A stretch of DNA of 64,000 nucleotides from Nitrospirota bacterium. Lineage in GTDB: Bacteria; NPL-UPA2; JAADIA01. The position numbers were made by a program, and so were the translations under genes. The notes below the pieces were generated by a model. That model was not told the origin of the DNA. It did not search any database and saw nothing but the letters and a program-made list of their open reading frames with translations. Location of the stretch: positions 1,699 through 65,698 of the forward strand of contig JAADIA010000079.1 of assembly GCA_013151555.1 (NCBI GenBank). The letters run 5' to 3'. Of the stretch, positions 10,089 to 21,417 are shown one piece after another (within the stretch, counting starts at the first letter, position 1; every line of letters starts with the position of its first letter).

Positions 10089-10517
10089 ATGTCTAAAGTC
10101 AAGGATTGCTTAAAAGAGTTGAAATTTGATGATAAGGGCCTGATTCCTGTTGTCATTCAGGAGGTAGAAACCAACGAGGTTCTCATGCTGGCTTATATGA
10201 ATGAAACCTCTCTTTCGGCTACGCTGGAAACGGGAAGGACGCATTTCTGGAGCCGGTCGAGGGGGAAGTTATGGAAAAAAGGAGAGGTTTCCGGTTGCGA
10301 ACAGATCGTTCACGAAATTTTTGTTGATTGCGATGAAGATAGTCTTCTAATCAAGGTCCATCAGAAGGGCGGAGCCTGTCATACCGGTTATAAATCCTGT
10401 TTCTATCGAAAGATTAATGTCAAGCAGGATATGATTGAGATCGTTAGCCGCAAGGTTTTTCATCCTCATGAGAAGTATGGCAAGAAGGAAAAGCAAGAAG
10501 AAAATTTGACAGGATGA
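10089..10517 (+). CDS. hisI: Phosphoribosyl-AMP cyclohydrolase
   Basis: ATG at 10089 preceded by GGAGGAG; GLIPVVIQ...LMLAYMN...[18 protein letters not shown]...[10 protein letters not shown] is canonical HisI. Stop codon lies inside an ACAGGAT repeat arm. Confidence 0.85.
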   Translation: MSKVKDCLKELKFDDKGLIPVVIQEVETNEVLMLAYMNETSLSATLETGRTHFWSRSRGKLWKKGEVSGCEQIVHEIFVDCDEDSLLIKVHQKGGACHTGYKSCFYRKINVKQDMIEIVSRKVFHPHEKYGKKEKQEENLTG

Positions 10518-10528
10518 ACAGGATAGAC
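10506..10528. repeat. ACAGGAT-family repeat arm (ttgacaggatgaacaggatagac), single arm overlapping the hisI stop
   Basis: Same 9-mer units as the 12777, 20177 and 46589 loci. Confidence 0.6.
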
Positions 10529-10582
10529 CGGGCTGAATACTGAGCGCTGAATTCTGAATTATCAAAGAGAGGAGGAGATTCC

Positions 10583-11929
10583 ATGAATCCGCAAATTTTT
10601 CGGGAATATGACATTCGGGGGGTGGTTGATAAGGATTTGACTCCGAAAATAGTAGAAACTTTGGGAAAAGCTTTTGGGAGCTATATCCAGGATTTTCAGG
10701 GCAAAGAGATTGTCGTTGCCCGGGATAACCGTTTATCTTCGAAGCTGTACCGGGACGCTCTCATTTCCGGAATAGTTTCTACTGGATGTAGTGTCCTTGA
10801 CATTGGCGAGGTTCCCTCTCCGGTATTCTATTTTTCCTTGATTCATTATGAGAAAGATGGAGGAATGATGATTACTGCCAGCCATAATCCTCCGGAGTTC
10901 AATGGGTTCAAGATTAGTCGTGGCCATAGCAGTATTTATGGGGAGGAGATTCAGAAGTTAAGAAAAATAATCGAATCCGGGAAGTTCCGGGAAGGTAAAG
11001 GACAAATAAGCAGTAAAGATCCCCGGGCGGCTTATCTCAGTTGCCTTAAAGAGAGAGTAAATTTAAAACGAGAACTGAAGGTAGTTGTGGATGCCGGCAA
11101 TGGGACAACTTCCGATTTAGCCCCTTCCTTATTGGAAGAACTGGGTTGCCGGGTAATAAAACTTTACTGTGAGTCGGACGGGAGGTTTCCCAACCATCAT
11201 CCGGATCCGACTATCCCGGATAATTTAAAGGATTTAATTGCTACCGTGCAAAAAGAAAAAGCCGATCTGGGAATAGCTTACGATGGAGACGGGGATAGAA
11301 TTGGAGTAGTTGATGAAAAGGGCAAGATTATCTGGGGCGATAGGTTAATGATAATATTTGCCCGAAAAATCCTTAAAAAGCATCCGGGAGCCAAGGTCGT
11401 TTTTGAGGTCAAATGTTCTCAAAGTTTGATTGAAGAAATTGAGAAAGCCGGAGGTGTTCCTCTGATGTGGAAGACGGGACATTCCCTTATCGAAAGTAAG
11501 ATTCGGGAGGAAGGAGCTCTCCTGGCGGGAGAAATGAGCGGCCATATCTATTTTGCCGATAACTATTTTGGTTACGATGACGCTATCTTTGCTTCCTGCC
11601 GGTTAGTGGAGATTCTCTCCGGGACGGAGAAGAGATTATCTCAGCTTTTAGAAGGGGTCACCGAGTACCATTCTACTCCTGAAATAAGGATAGAGTGCCC
11701 GGATGAAAAGAAGTTTGAAGTGGTGGAGAAGGTCAAAAAATATTTCCGGGAAAAATATGAGATTATCGATATCGATGGGGTAAGAGTCCTCTTTGGAGAT
11801 GGATGGGGATTGGTTCGGGCCTCCAACACGCAGGCGGTTCTCGTTCTCAGGTTTGAAGCGCGAACGGAAAAGAGGATGGAGGAGATAAAGAGTCTGGTGA
11901 TGACCAAGTTAAAGGAAGTCATCGGATAA
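10583..11929 (+). CDS. Phosphomannomutase/phosphoglucomutase (alpha-D-phosphohexomutase)
   Basis: 448 aa; active-site TASHNPPEFNGFKI, metal loop DGDGDR, sugar loop GEMSGH. Confidence 0.8.
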   Translation: MNPQIFREYDIRGVVDKDLTPKIVETLGKAFGSYIQDFQGKEIVVARDNRLSSKLYRDALISGIVSTGCSVLDIGEVPSPVFYFSLIHYEKDGGMMITASHNPPEFNGFKISRGHSSIYGEEIQKLRKIIESGKFREGKGQISSKDPRAAYLSCLKERVNLKRELKVVVDAGNGTTSDLAPSLLEELGCRVIKLYCESDGRFPNHHPDPTIPDNLKDLIATVQKEKADLGIAYDGDGDRIGVVDEKGKIIWGDRLMIIFARKILKKHPGAKVVFEVKCSQSLIEEIEKAGGVPLMWKTGHSLIESKIREEGALLAGEMSGHIYFADNYFGYDDAIFASCRLVEILSGTEKRLSQLLEGVTEYHSTPEIRIECPDEKKFEVVEKVKKYFREKYEIIDIDGVRVLFGDGWGLVRASNTQAVLVLRFEARTEKRMEEIKSLVMTKLKEVIG

Positions 11930-12054
11930 GAAACGCTAAGTTAACAAGGTCTCCGGTTAATAACTCTCTTTTCTAACTAGCCTGGAGCACTTGGTCTTGC
12001 CTTTTTTTAAGGAAGCTGATATAGTTAACAATCCTGGGAGAAACAAAAAGAGAG

Positions 12055-12762
12055 ATGGAAGAGATAAGAGATAGACTAAAGCTGGTTAAAGAGAAAATTA
12101 ACCGGGCCGTGGAAAGTTCCAGGCGAAGCGCCGGGGAGATTGAACTGGTAGTAGTGACCAAGACGGTTGCGGTAGCTCGTATTCGAGAAGCAATCGAGGC
12201 CGGGGTGCGGAATATCGGAGAGAACCGGGTGCAGGAGGCCCTGGCCAAGCATGAGGAGCTTAGTTCTCGTCCTCCCGGAGCGGGTCTTCCCCGATGGCAT
12301 ATGATCGGGCACTTACAGCGGAATAAGGTGGAGAGAGCTTTGAGCATCTTTGACCTTATCCATTCAGTTGACTCCTTATCCTTAGCCGAGGAGATAGATA
12401 AACGGGCTGAGGCTCTGGGAAAAAGAGTGGATATCCTGGTGGAAGTGAATGTATCCGGGGAGGAATCGAAATTCGGCTTAGAGAGGAGTAAAGTAAACGA
12501 GTTTTTAGTGACAATTTCTAAGTTGAAGAATCTCAGAATACAGGGATTAATGACGATGACTCCTTTCACAAACGATCCGGAACAGTCGAGACCTTATTTT
12601 CGTAAGCTCAGGTGTCTTAGCGAGGAGATACAGTCCGGCCGGCTGAATAATATAGAGATGCGGTATCTATCTATGGGGATGAGCCAGGATTTTGAAGTGG
12701 CTATTGAGGAGGGAGCTAATATGGTGCGTATCGGTAGCGCCATCTTTGGTTCACGGTCTTAG
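12055..12762 (+). CDS. yggS: YggS-family pyridoxal phosphate homeostasis protein
   Basis: 235 aa; alanine-racemase-N-like fold signature VTKTV...GENRVQE typical of YggS/PLPBP. Confidence 0.75.
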   Translation: MEEIRDRLKLVKEKINRAVESSRRSAGEIELVVVTKTVAVARIREAIEAGVRNIGENRVQEALAKHEELSSRPPGAGLPRWHMIGHLQRNKVERALSIFDLIHSVDSLSLAEEIDKRAEALGKRVDILVEVNVSGEESKFGLERSKVNEFLVTISKLKNLRIQGLMTMTPFTNDPEQSRPYFRKLRCLSEEIQSGRLNNIEMRYLSMGMSQDFEVAIEEGANMVRIGSAIFGSRS

Positions 12763-12776
12763 AAGATGAGGAAAAT

Positions 12777-12912
12777 TTGACAGGATTAACAGGATAGACA
12801 GGATAAAATTATTACCTGAATAAGCAAATGAAACAAATTAAAATTAAATTATTACAGGTTTGTCTTTTAGTGGCTCTTTAAAAAATCTTGTTAATCCTGT
12901 TTATCCTGTCAA
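12777..12912. repeat. ACAGGAT-family inverted tandem-unit element (3 units - spacer - 3 inverted units)
   Basis: ttgacaggattaacaggatagacaggat at 12777-12804; atcttgttaatcctgtttatcctgtcaa at 12885-12912; spacer itself holds aattattacctg/aattattacagg. Confidence 0.7.
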
Positions 12913-12942
12913 AAGAAGTAAAGTAACTAAGTGAGGTATTTT

Positions 12943-13770
12943 TTGAATAAAAAGATTGGATTTATCGGAGGGGGTAATATGGGGCAAGCCCTGATAAAGG
13001 GAATCCTGAAAAGAGGAATAGCGAACCCCCGGGATATAATTGTCAGTGACCTTGACAGGAATAAATTACGAGTTGTAAGTTGTGAAATGCAGGTTGTGAT
13101 AGCTGAGGATAACCGGGAGGTTATTGAAAAGTCCGACATCATTATTCTTGCTGTTAAGCCAAAGGATATTGAAAGGGTATTGAAAGAGATTAGCGATTAT
13201 TTGCAAGGTCTATCTGCTTCCGGTTCTTCCCCTATGGTCCTATCCATTGCTGCCGGGATAACGACGAAGTATATTGAGGAACATCTGGGGGATGATGTCC
13301 CGGTAGTCAGGGTAATGCCTAATACTCCGGCCTTAATCGGAGCGGGGATAGCTGCCATCTCTCGAGGCCGGTTTGCTGGTGAAGAAGAGGAAAAAATAGC
13401 GGAAGAATTATTCCGGGGAGTTGGGGAAACAGTTAAAGTAAAAGAAGAACTGATGGATGCGGTTACCGGTCTCAGCGGTAGTGGTCCTGCTTATGTATTT
13501 GCCGTTATGGAAAGTTTGGTAGAAGCAGGGGTGAAAGAAGGGTTGCCTTACGGTTTGGCACAAAAACTCGTTATTCAGACTGTTCTGGGGGCAGTGAAGA
13601 TGGCCATGGAAACGGGAGAAAAACTTTCTACTTTAAGGGAAATGGTCACTTCTCCCGGGGGAACGACGGAAGCCGCCTTGGGTGTTTTTGAAGAAAGAAA
13701 CCTTAGAAATATTCTGGCTGAGGGGGTAAGTGCCGCTGTTAGAAGGTCAGAAGAAATGGGTAAAAGTTAG
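12943..13770 (+). CDS. proC: Pyrroline-5-carboxylate reductase
   Basis: Rossmann IGFIGGGNMGQAL; likely TTG start at 12943 after GAGG (the ORF track GTG at 12931 is also possible). Confidence 0.8.
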   Translation: MNKKIGFIGGGNMGQALIKGILKRGIANPRDIIVSDLDRNKLRVVSCEMQVVIAEDNREVIEKSDIIILAVKPKDIERVLKEISDYLQGLSASGSSPMVLSIAAGITTKYIEEHLGDDVPVVRVMPNTPALIGAGIAAISRGRFAGEEEEKIAEELFRGVGETVKVKEELMDAVTGLSGSGPAYVFAVMESLVEAGVKEGLPYGLAQKLVIQTVLGAVKMAMETGEKLSTLREMVTSPGGTTEAALGVFEERNLRNILAEGVSAAVRRSEEMGKS

Positions 13771-13831
13771 GTTCCCGGCTGATAGCGGTTCGGACGAGTT
13801 CTGCTTAAAGGGATAATAAAGGAGAAGAAAA

Positions 13832-15412
13832 ATGATGGGGATCAATATCGACGTCAAAAGGAGTCTCGGTGAGGTACACCCGCATATTTATGGACAGTTT
13901 ATCGAACATATGGGGCGGGCGATATATGGTGGGGTGTATGATCCCGGTTCGGAGTTTGCCGATGAGCAAGGTTTTCGTTTAGATGTGCTGGAAAAGATCG
14001 AGGAACTCGATGTTCCGATATTGCGCTGGCCGGGGGGGAACTTTGTCTCAGGTTATCATTGGGTGGATGGCATCGGTTCCAAGGAGAAACGTCCCCAGAA
14101 AAGAGAAATAGCCTGGGATACTATTGAGTCCAACCAATTTGGGACCCACGAGTTTATGGAGTTGATCCATCGCCTGGGTTCTGCCGATCCCTATATTTGT
14201 GTGAACCTTGGTTTAGGTACCCCGGAAGAGGCCGCTGCCTGGGTAGAGTACTGTAATTCCACCACGGATACTTACTGGGCTAAGTTGCGTCAGAAAAACG
14301 GAGCAGATAAACCCTTTAAAGTGAAGTACTGGGGGCTGGGTAATGAAATCTACGGGAAATGGCAGTTGGGGCACAAAAATGCAGAGGACTATGCTAAGAT
14401 AGCCTTTGAGGCAGCTAAGATGATGAGGTGTGTAGACCCGGATATCAAACTTGTTGCCTGTGGAGCCAATGATCCTGATTGGGACCGCACTGTATTGGAA
14501 ACCCTCTGGTTCCATGGCACCTATCAGGAGGATATTCTTGATTATATTTCCATCCATCGCTACGATGGAAATGATTCTTATTATGGTCTCTTAGCCGCTC
14601 CCCAACTTATGGATAGAGATTTGCATGCTTTGGAAGGGGTTATCATGTCCCTGCAGAAACAGTTTAATAGCCCGGAGAGGCCGGCTATTTCCTTTGATGA
14701 ATGGAATGTATGGTACAGGAAAGACGGTAACCGTCTCAAAGCAAGTCAGGATTTCCGGGAAGGAGAAGATTTGTTGGATGAGTTTTTTAACCTTCGAGAT
14801 TCTCTCTATGTCGGTTGTGTATTGAACCTTTTCCAACGTCATGCGGATTGGGTCAAAATGGCTAATATGGCTCAACTGGTTAATGTGATTGCGCCTATCT
14901 TTTCTACCTCGAAAGGAAGTTATTATCAGACCATTTACTGGCCCCTGAAATTATATCGCAAGTTGCATCATAATATTTCCCTGGATGTCCGCTGTGAGGT
15001 GGAAAGTTATAATGTTACTGATGTTCCTGAGATTGTTGATTCAGTAGCAGGAGTCCGTGGAGATAGACCGGAGTATGGAAAAGAACGCAATGTTCCTTAT
15101 CTGGACGTTTCCGCTACCTGTAATGAAGACGGAAGTTTAGTAACGGTCAGTGTAGTTAACCGCCATCATGCTGAGGTTATTGAAGCCTTAATTGATTTAG
15201 GCAACTATCAGCCGAAAGAAGGTAAAGCCTATACTATCAATGGGAGTGACCCTATGGCTTACTCTTTATCACCGGATGGCCGGAGCATCAATGATAATAA
15301 ATATAACCCCGATGCCTGCAAAGTGACGGAAAGCTTACTTAAGCAAGTTAAGGCGAAAATGACGTATTCTTTTCCCGCTCATTCCATTACTTTGCTTGCC
15401 CTGAAAGCATGA
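13832..15412 (+). CDS. Alpha-L-arabinofuranosidase (GH51 family)
   Basis: 526 aa; N-terminal HPHIYGQFIEHMGRAIYGG...LRWPGGNFVSGYHW and catalytic GLGNE block typical of GH51 AbfA. Confidence 0.7.
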   Translation: MMGINIDVKRSLGEVHPHIYGQFIEHMGRAIYGGVYDPGSEFADEQGFRLDVLEKIEELDVPILRWPGGNFVSGYHWVDGIGSKEKRPQKREIAWDTIESNQFGTHEFMELIHRLGSADPYICVNLGLGTPEEAAAWVEYCNSTTDTYWAKLRQKNGADKPFKVKYWGLGNEIYGKWQLGHKNAEDYAKIAFEAAKMMRCVDPDIKLVACGANDPDWDRTVLETLWFHGTYQEDILDYISIHRYDGNDSYYGLLAAPQLMDRDLHALEGVIMSLQKQFNSPERPAISFDEWNVWYRKDGNRLKASQDFREGEDLLDEFFNLRDSLYVGCVLNLFQRHADWVKMANMAQLVNVIAPIFSTSKGSYYQTIYWPLKLYRKLHHNISLDVRCEVESYNVTDVPEIVDSVAGVRGDRPEYGKERNVPYLDVSATCNEDGSLVTVSVVNRHHAEVIEALIDLGNYQPKEGKAYTINGSDPMAYSLSPDGRSINDNKYNPDACKVTESLLKQVKAKMTYSFPAHSITLLALKA

Positions 15413-15460
15413 TTGGATGAAGGGGCGAAGTGAATCAGATGCGAAGGGAGGTATGAAACG

Positions 15461-16282
15461 GTGACGGCTCTAAGGGAAAGGGTAGACAAGGCTGCGGATT
15501 TTATTAAATCGCGGACTAAGGTTAAGCCGGAGGTTGCAATAATTCTGGGTACGGGCCTGGGAGCTCTGGCCGATGAGATTAAGGATAAAGAGATTATTCC
15601 CTACCCTCAGATTCCGGCTTTTCCTACCTCTACCGTCATCGGCCATGCCGGACAGTTAGCGCTGGGAACTCTGGGGAGAAAATCAGTGGTAGCTATGCAG
15701 GGGAGGTTTCACCGTTATGAGGGCTATTCCCTTGAGGAAGTAGCTTTCCCGGTCCGGGTGATGAAAACTTTGGGAGCTAAGGCTCTTATTATCTCCAATG
15801 CCGCCGGGGGGATGAATCCACTTTTCAAGGCCGGAGATTTAATGATTATTAGTGATCATATAAACCTTATGGGCGATAATCCCCTTATTGGGGTTAATGA
15901 TGAGAAGCTGGGCCCTCGATTCCCGGATATGTCTCAACCCTATGACCGCAAATTAATTGCTCTTGCCGAGGAAGTGGCCGGAGAAGAAAAGATAAAAGTT
16001 CAGAAGGGGGTTTATGTAGCAGTCAGCGGACCTAATTTAGAGACGGCTGCGGAATATCGGTTCCTCCGTTTTATTGGAGCCGATGCTGTGGGCATGTCCA
16101 CGGTACCGGAGGTAATTGTAGCTGTCCAGTCGGGAATGAGAGTATTGGGGATATCATGTATAACCGATGAGTGTCTTCCCGATGCCCTGAAGCCTGCGGA
16201 TATAAAAACCATCTTTAAGATAGCGGCAAAAGCGGAACCGAAGCTGACCAAATTGATGAGTGAGGTTATTCAGAAATTGTAG
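15461..16282 (+). CDS. Purine nucleoside phosphorylase (PNP/MTAP family, trimeric type)
   Basis: GTG start; 273 aa; phosphate-binding GTGLG, ...SNAAGG..., C-terminal ISCITDE pattern of PunA/MTAP. Confidence 0.7.
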   Translation: MTALRERVDKAADFIKSRTKVKPEVAIILGTGLGALADEIKDKEIIPYPQIPAFPTSTVIGHAGQLALGTLGRKSVVAMQGRFHRYEGYSLEEVAFPVRVMKTLGAKALIISNAAGGMNPLFKAGDLMIISDHINLMGDNPLIGVNDEKLGPRFPDMSQPYDRKLIALAEEVAGEEKIKVQKGVYVAVSGPNLETAAEYRFLRFIGADAVGMSTVPEVIVAVQSGMRVLGISCITDECLPDALKPADIKTIFKIAAKAEPKLTKLMSEVIQKL

Positions 16283-16310
16283 AGGTAAGGTAAAAAAATA
16301 CTATGAAAAC

Positions 16311-16401
16311 CACAGAGACACGGAAGAGCGGAAACACGGAAAAAAGAATTCAGAATGGGAAGAAGTAAAGAGTTGTAAATTAAATTTCCGTGTTTCCGTG
16401 G
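16311..16401. repeat. Inverted tandem-unit element (unit ACGGAAA) between pnp and ileS
   Basis: cacagagacacggaagagcggaaacacggaaaa at 16311-16343; tttccgtgtttccgtgg at 16385-16401. Confidence 0.6.
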
Positions 16402-16443
16402 TTAATTTTTGTAGTATCGTTGTAGAAGGGGAGAGAAATAAGA

Positions 16444-19254
16444 ATGGATTATCGAGAAACCCTTAATTTACCGAAGACGAAATTTCCTATGCGGGCGGAT
16501 TTGGTTAAGAGAGAACCGGAAATCCTGAAGTCCTGGGAGGAAAACCGCGTCTATGAGGCTATCCGGGAAAAGTCCCGGGGGAAACCGAAATATATTTTGC
16601 ACGATGGTCCTCCCTATGCCAATGGGAATGTGCATATCGGCACGGCCCTGAATAAAATCCTCAAAGATATTATTATCAAATATAAATCCATGCGGGGCTA
16701 CGATAGTCCCTACCGGCCGGGCTGGGATTGTCATGGTTTACCTATTGAACATCAGGTGATGAAAGCGTTGAAAGAAGAGAAGAAAAATTTAAGCCAGCCG
16801 GAAATAAGGAAAAAGTGCCGTGCCTTTGCGGAGAAGTTCGTTGATATTCAGAGGAAACAGTTTAAGAGGTTAGGAGTGTTCGGTGCTTGGGACAAACCTT
16901 ATCTCACTATGAACCCGGAATATGAATCTGCTATCATTCAGGTTTTTGGCGAGTTAAGGAAGAAGGGTCTTATCTATAAGGCTCTTAAACCCGTTCACTG
17001 GTGTATCTGCTGTCAGACAGCTCTGGCGGAAGCCGAGGTGGAATATGCCGACCATAAGTCTCCCTCCGTCTATGTTAAATTTTTACTAACTCCGCAATCA
17101 ACTAACAAGGTGGGCAATCTATGTGCGGGATGGGATCGCGATGACAAGATTAGTATCCTTATCTGGACGACTACTCCCTGGACCTTGCCGGCCAACCGGG
17201 CCACAGCTCTGCATCCGGATTATGAATATGCTCTGGTAAAGGTTGGAAAAGATGAGATGCTTATTATAGTCAAGGATTTAGTGGATACTGTGATGCAGAA
17301 AGTGGGTATAGTAGACTATAAGATAGCTGGAACTGTGGAGGGAAGAAAGCTGGAGGGGATAAAGTATCTTCATCTGCTAAACAAGAATGAGTATCCGGTG
17401 ATTTTGGGGGAAATGGTAGCCAGAGATGAAGGCACCGGCTGTGTGCATACAGCTCCCGGCCATGGAGAGGCGGACTATGGATTGGGACTAAAATATGATT
17501 TGGACATTTTCGCTCCAGTTGATGAGAAAGGCTGTTTCACTTCTGAAGCGGATGACCTGGCCGGGCAAAATGTTTTTCAATCCAATAAGACTATAATGGA
17601 GAGGTTAAAGAAAAAAGGTTATCTCCTTCATGAAGATACTATTGTCCATTCTTATCCTCATTGCTGGCGTTGTAAAGACCCGGTGATTTTCCGGGCTACC
17701 GAGCAGTGGTTTATCTCTGTTGACCATGATGGTCTTCGGGATAAGTCCTTGAAGGAGGTGGAAAGAGTTAACTGGATCCCCGACTGGGGAGAGACAAGGA
17801 TGCGCAGCATGTTAACTACTCGTCCCGATTGGTGTATCTCCCGCCAGCGGGTCTGGGGAGTCCCTCTTCCTATCTTCTATTGCCGGGAATGCAATCGGGC
17901 CTTGAGGGATGAGAAAGCGATGAAGGCCGTGGAGAACCTCGTCCTTGAAGAGGGAAGCGATGCCTGGTTTCTGAAAAGTCCGGAGGAGATATTGCCCCCG
18001 AATATATGTTGCTCGTGTGGTAAGAGGAATTTCCGGAAGGAGACGGATATTCTCGATGTCTGGTTTGAATCGGGAGTGAGCCACCGGGCTGTCCTCAGGG
18101 GGAACGAGGGACTTTCCTATCCGGCCGACCTTTATCTGGAAGGGAGCGACCAGCACCGGGGTTGGTTTCAATCCTCCCTGCTCACTGCCGTGGGAGCGGA
18201 AGGAAAGGCTCCTTATAAAACGGTACTTACCCACGGTTTCATGGTTGATGGAGAAGGAAAGAAGATGTCCAAATCTCTGGGTAATCTTATCTCCTCGGAA
18301 GAGGCTGTAAAAAGGTTCGGAGCCGACATTATCCGGCTCTGGGTATCCTCGGAGGATTACCGGAACGATATCTCTTTCTCGGAAGAGATCCTCACTCGCA
18401 TGATGGAAGCTTACCGGCGCATTCGCAATAGCTGCCGTTTCATCCTGGGAAATATTCAGGACTTTGACTATGGTAAAGATGAAGTAGAATATGATAACTT
18501 ACCGGAGATTGACAGGTGGGTTCTTTCTCGCCTGGTCAACTTAGTCTCAAGAGCAACCAAAGCTTACGATAGTTTTGCTTTTCATCGCCTCTACCACGAC
18601 CTCCATAACTTCTGTGCATTAGATCTCAGTGCTTTCTATTTCGATATCCTCAAGGATAGGCTATATACCTTTGCTGCGGATTCCCGGGAACGCCGGTCAG
18701 CTCAGACGGTGCTTCATAAGATTCTGACAACTTTGGTCCGGCTGATGGCGCCCCTTCTTCCTTTTACCGCTGAAGAAGTTTGGGGGCATCTTACCCAGAA
18801 AGATGAGAGTGTGGACAGCATCCATTTATCCTCCTGGCCGAATCTTCCGGATTCTTATCTCGATGAAGAACTGGAAAGGAAATGGGAGCGGTTGTTCCGC
18901 GTTAGAGAAGAAGTATATCGGGCTTTGGAAAAAGCTCGGAACGAGAAAATAATTGGCAAGTCTTTAGAAGCAGAAGTAACCATTTTTTCCACTTCCTCAG
19001 AAATATTCCTTTTCTTAAAGGAATATCAGCCGGAGTTAGCTACCGTCTTTATCGTCTCCCGGGTAGAATTAAGAGAAGCAAAAGAACTGCCGGAAGGAAT
19101 CTCCCCGGGTGAAGAAATGAAGGAATTAAGTGTGGCGATAAAGAAAGCTCCGGGAAATAAATGCCGGCGATGTTGGGTTTACAGCGAGGCCGTGGGAAAT
19201 AGTGAAGAGCATCCTGATCTTTGCTCTCGTTGTATAAAGGTGGTGCATGATTGA
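16444..19254 (+). CDS. ileS: Isoleucyl-tRNA synthetase
   Basis: 936 aa; HIGH ([12 protein letters not shown]), KMSKS (KKMSKSLGN), C-terminal Zn-finger CRRCW...CSRC. Confidence 0.95.
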   Translation: MDYRETLNLPKTKFPMRADLVKREPEILKSWEENRVYEAIREKSRGKPKYILHDGPPYANGNVHIGTALNKILKDIIIKYKSMRGYDSPYRPGWDCHGLPIEHQVMKALKEEKKNLSQPEIRKKCRAFAEKFVDIQRKQFKRLGVFGAWDKPYLTMNPEYESAIIQVFGELRKKGLIYKALKPVHWCICCQTALAEAEVEYADHKSPSVYVKFLLTPQSTNKVGNLCAGWDRDDKISILIWTTTPWTLPANRATALHPDYEYALVKVGKDEMLIIVKDLVDTVMQKVGIVDYKIAGTVEGRKLEGIKYLHLLNKNEYPVILGEMVARDEGTGCVHTAPGHGEADYGLGLKYDLDIFAPVDEKGCFTSEADDLAGQNVFQSNKTIMERLKKKGYLLHEDTIVHSYPHCWRCKDPVIFRATEQWFISVDHDGLRDKSLKEVERVNWIPDWGETRMRSMLTTRPDWCISRQRVWGVPLPIFYCRECNRALRDEKAMKAVENLVLEEGSDAWFLKSPEEILPPNICCSCGKRNFRKETDILDVWFESGVSHRAVLRGNEGLSYPADLYLEGSDQHRGWFQSSLLTAVGAEGKAPYKTVLTHGFMVDGEGKKMSKSLGNLISSEEAVKRFGADIIRLWVSSEDYRNDISFSEEILTRMMEAYRRIRNSCRFILGNIQDFDYGKDEVEYDNLPEIDRWVLSRLVNLVSRATKAYDSFAFHRLYHDLHNFCALDLSAFYFDILKDRLYTFAADSRERRSAQTVLHKILTTLVRLMAPLLPFTAEEVWGHLTQKDESVDSIHLSSWPNLPDSYLDEELERKWERLFRVREEVYRALEKARNEKIIGKSLEAEVTIFSTSSEIFLFLKEYQPELATVFIVSRVELREAKELPEGISPGEEMKELSVAIKKAPGNKCRRCWVYSEAVGNSEEHPDLCSRCIKVVHD

Positions 19255-19305
19255 TAATCCATGTCGGGTCAACAGGATCTTTTAACTGTTGAGATAGGGG
19301 GGAAG

Positions 19306-19680
19306 CGGATGAAAAATAAGGAACAAGAAGAGTTCAAACGGCTTCTGGAGAAGGAGAAAGAGACCCTCCTTTCTCAGATTGAACATTTAGAAAACAACAG
19401 TTTGAATAAGTCGCAGCGGGAATTGTCCGGGGACCTTTCCGGTTATTCCTTCCATCTGGCCGATATGGGGACGGACAACTTCGACCGGGAGTTGGCTCTC
19501 AATCTGGTTAGCTCCGAGCAGAAATTGCTTTACGAGGTAAACGAAGCTTTACGCCGGCTGGAGAAAGGGAGTTTTGGTTGTTGTGAACAATGTGGAAAGT
19601 CAATTGGCCGGAAACGCCTTCAGGCTATTCCCTACGCTAGATTATGCATCAAGTGTGGGGAAAGGAAAGAGAAAGGCTAA
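19306..19680 (+). CDS. DksA/TraR-family C4 zinc-finger protein
   Basis: C-terminal CEQCGKSIGRKRLQAIPYARLCIKCGE; coiled-coil N-terminus; ATG 19306 preferred over 19261. Confidence 0.6.
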   Translation, partial: RMKNKEQEEFKRLLEKEKETLLSQIEHLENNSLNKSQRELSGDLSGYSFHLADMGTDNFDRELALNLVSSEQKLLYEVNEALRRLEKGSFGCCEQCGKSIGRKRLQAIPYARLCIKCGERKEKG

Positions 19681-19683
19681 CTG

Positions 19684-20139
19684 ATGGCCATAGTCCTGAC
19701 CGTAAGCAGCCTGCTCTTGCTTATGGACCAGCTTTCTAAATACTATATTGAAAAGTGGCTCTCCCCCGGAGAATCGGTTCCCATCATTAAAAACCTGTTT
19801 CAACTCACCCTCATTCACAATTCCGGAGGAGCCTTCGGTTTATTTCGCCGTTCAGGTTCTTTTCTCTTTATCATCGTTTCGGTTCTGGTTTTAACTTTAA
19901 TTCTCCTTTTTTGGAAAAAGTTTCTTCTGGGAGAGGGTCTGGGAGGAAAGTTAAGCCTTAGCCTTATTATAGGAGGGGCATCGGGAAATCTTGTTGACCG
20001 GTTGAGGTTCGGGCATGTAATTGATTTTTTAGATTTTAGCCTCCGTGGCCATCACTGGCCGGCCTTCAATTTCTCCGATATGGGTATCTCCATCGGGGTA
20101 ATAATTCTCTGTTATAAGATGCTGAAGAAGACCTCCTAA
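19684..20139 (+). CDS. lspA: Lipoprotein signal peptidase II
   Basis: 151 aa; LIHNSGGAFGL, VIDFLDF, NFSDMGISIG motifs; conserved ileS-lspA synteny. Confidence 0.85.
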   Translation: MAIVLTVSSLLLLMDQLSKYYIEKWLSPGESVPIIKNLFQLTLIHNSGGAFGLFRRSGSFLFIIVSVLVLTLILLFWKKFLLGEGLGGKLSLSLIIGGASGNLVDRLRFGHVIDFLDFSLRGHHWPAFNFSDMGISIGVIILCYKMLKKTS

Positions 20140-20176
20140 CCACAGAGGACGTAGAGAAACAAGACCTGAAACTATT

Positions 20177-20285
20177 CTGACAGGATTTACAGGATGAAAA
20201 CTCGATTGAGTCGACTCTGTTGACAGGATTAAAATTTAAGTATAGAAAAAACAAAAAATCTTGTTAATCCTGTTCATCCCGTCAA
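20177..20285. repeat. ACAGGAT-family inverted tandem-unit element with a central GAGTCGACTC palindrome
   Basis: ctgacaggatttacaggatg at 20177-20196; ttgacaggatt at 20220-20230; atcttgttaatcctgttcatcccgtcaa at 20258-20285. Confidence 0.7.
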
Positions 20286-20418
20286 AAATTTTGTAGGATT
20301 TTCTTCGCATCTTCATTCTTTTATATCTTCATGATTATCAGTTATCTTAAACTTCTGTGTTCATCATCAGTGTCTGATTAGTTTTTCCTTTCTCTGTAGT
20401 TGCCAAGGTGTTCTAATC

Positions 20419-21369
20419 ATGGAAAAACAGCAAAGATTTATGGTTGAGGATGAAGAAGATGGTCTGCGGCTGGATAAGTTTTTAGCCGGTAGGCACCTTC
20501 CTCTCTCTCGTTCCCGCATTCAAAATTTGATTAGAACCGGGAAAGTTTCCGTAAACAGTTCTTCTTCAAGATGCAGTCATCGGGTAGTTGCCGGGGCTGA
20601 AATAACCATTCTTATTCCTGACCTCAAACCAAGGGAAATCCTTCCCGAGGACATTCCTCTCCATATTCTCTATGAGGATAACGAGCTTTTAGTGATTAAC
20701 AAACCGGCAGGGATGGTAGTGCATCCGGCGGCGGGACATTACTCGGGAACTTTAGTCAATGCTCTTCTCTTTTATTCTCCTCGTCTTTCTACTATCAATA
20801 GTTCCCTGAGGCCGGGAATTGTTCACCGGTTGGACAAAGATACTTCGGGCATATTGGTGGTGGCTAAAACCGACGAGGCTCATCTCCATTTAGGCCGGGA
20901 AATAAAAGAACATAAATTTTCCCGAAAATACTTGGCTTTAGTTCGAGGAGATATGGAACTGGAAGAAGGGACCATTGAAGTTCCCCTGGGACGTCATGTT
21001 CTGGAGCGAAAGAAGATTGCTGTCCGTCATCAGGGAGGGAAGAAGGCGACAACTCATTATCGGGTTTTGGAAAGGTTTGGATTGGCCACTTTACTGGAAG
21101 TAACTTTAACTACCGGGAGAACTCATCAAATCAGGGTTCATCTTGCCCATCTTGGGCACCCGGTGATCGGAGATAAGACCTATGGACGAAAATCTTCTCT
21201 TTTCAACCTTCCCTTTGCCTATCTCATAAACCGTCAAGCTTTACATGCTTATACCCTGGGATTCGTTCATCCTTCCAAGAAGGAATATATGGAATTTACT
21301 GTTTCTCTTCCTGAGGACATGAAGAAACTGTTGCAGGAATTAAGAAAGCAGTTCAAAAAAGATGTTTGA
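20419..21369 (+). CDS. rluD: 23S rRNA pseudouridine synthase (RluA family, RluD-like) with S4 domain
   Basis: Catalytic HRLDKDTSGILVVAK motif; N-terminal S4-like domain. Confidence 0.8.
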   Translation: MEKQQRFMVEDEEDGLRLDKFLAGRHLPLSRSRIQNLIRTGKVSVNSSSSRCSHRVVAGAEITILIPDLKPREILPEDIPLHILYEDNELLVINKPAGMVVHPAAGHYSGTLVNALLFYSPRLSTINSSLRPGIVHRLDKDTSGILVVAKTDEAHLHLGREIKEHKFSRKYLALVRGDMELEEGTIEVPLGRHVLERKKIAVRHQGGKKATTHYRVLERFGLATLLEVTLTTGRTHQIRVHLAHLGHPVIGDKTYGRKSSLFNLPFAYLINRQALHAYTLGFVHPSKKEYMEFTVSLPEDMKKLLQELRKQFKKDV

Positions 21370-21417
21370 AGTTTTTTCTTATGCCAATACGGAAGTCCCG
21401 AAAAGTCCCAAAAAAGT

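Noticed and set aside
16260-16466. 68-aa ORF between pnp and ileS
   Set aside because: It spans the ACGGAAA inverted repeat element, has no SD or homology, and a composition dominated by the repeat (KHGKKNSEWEE), so it is likely non-coding.
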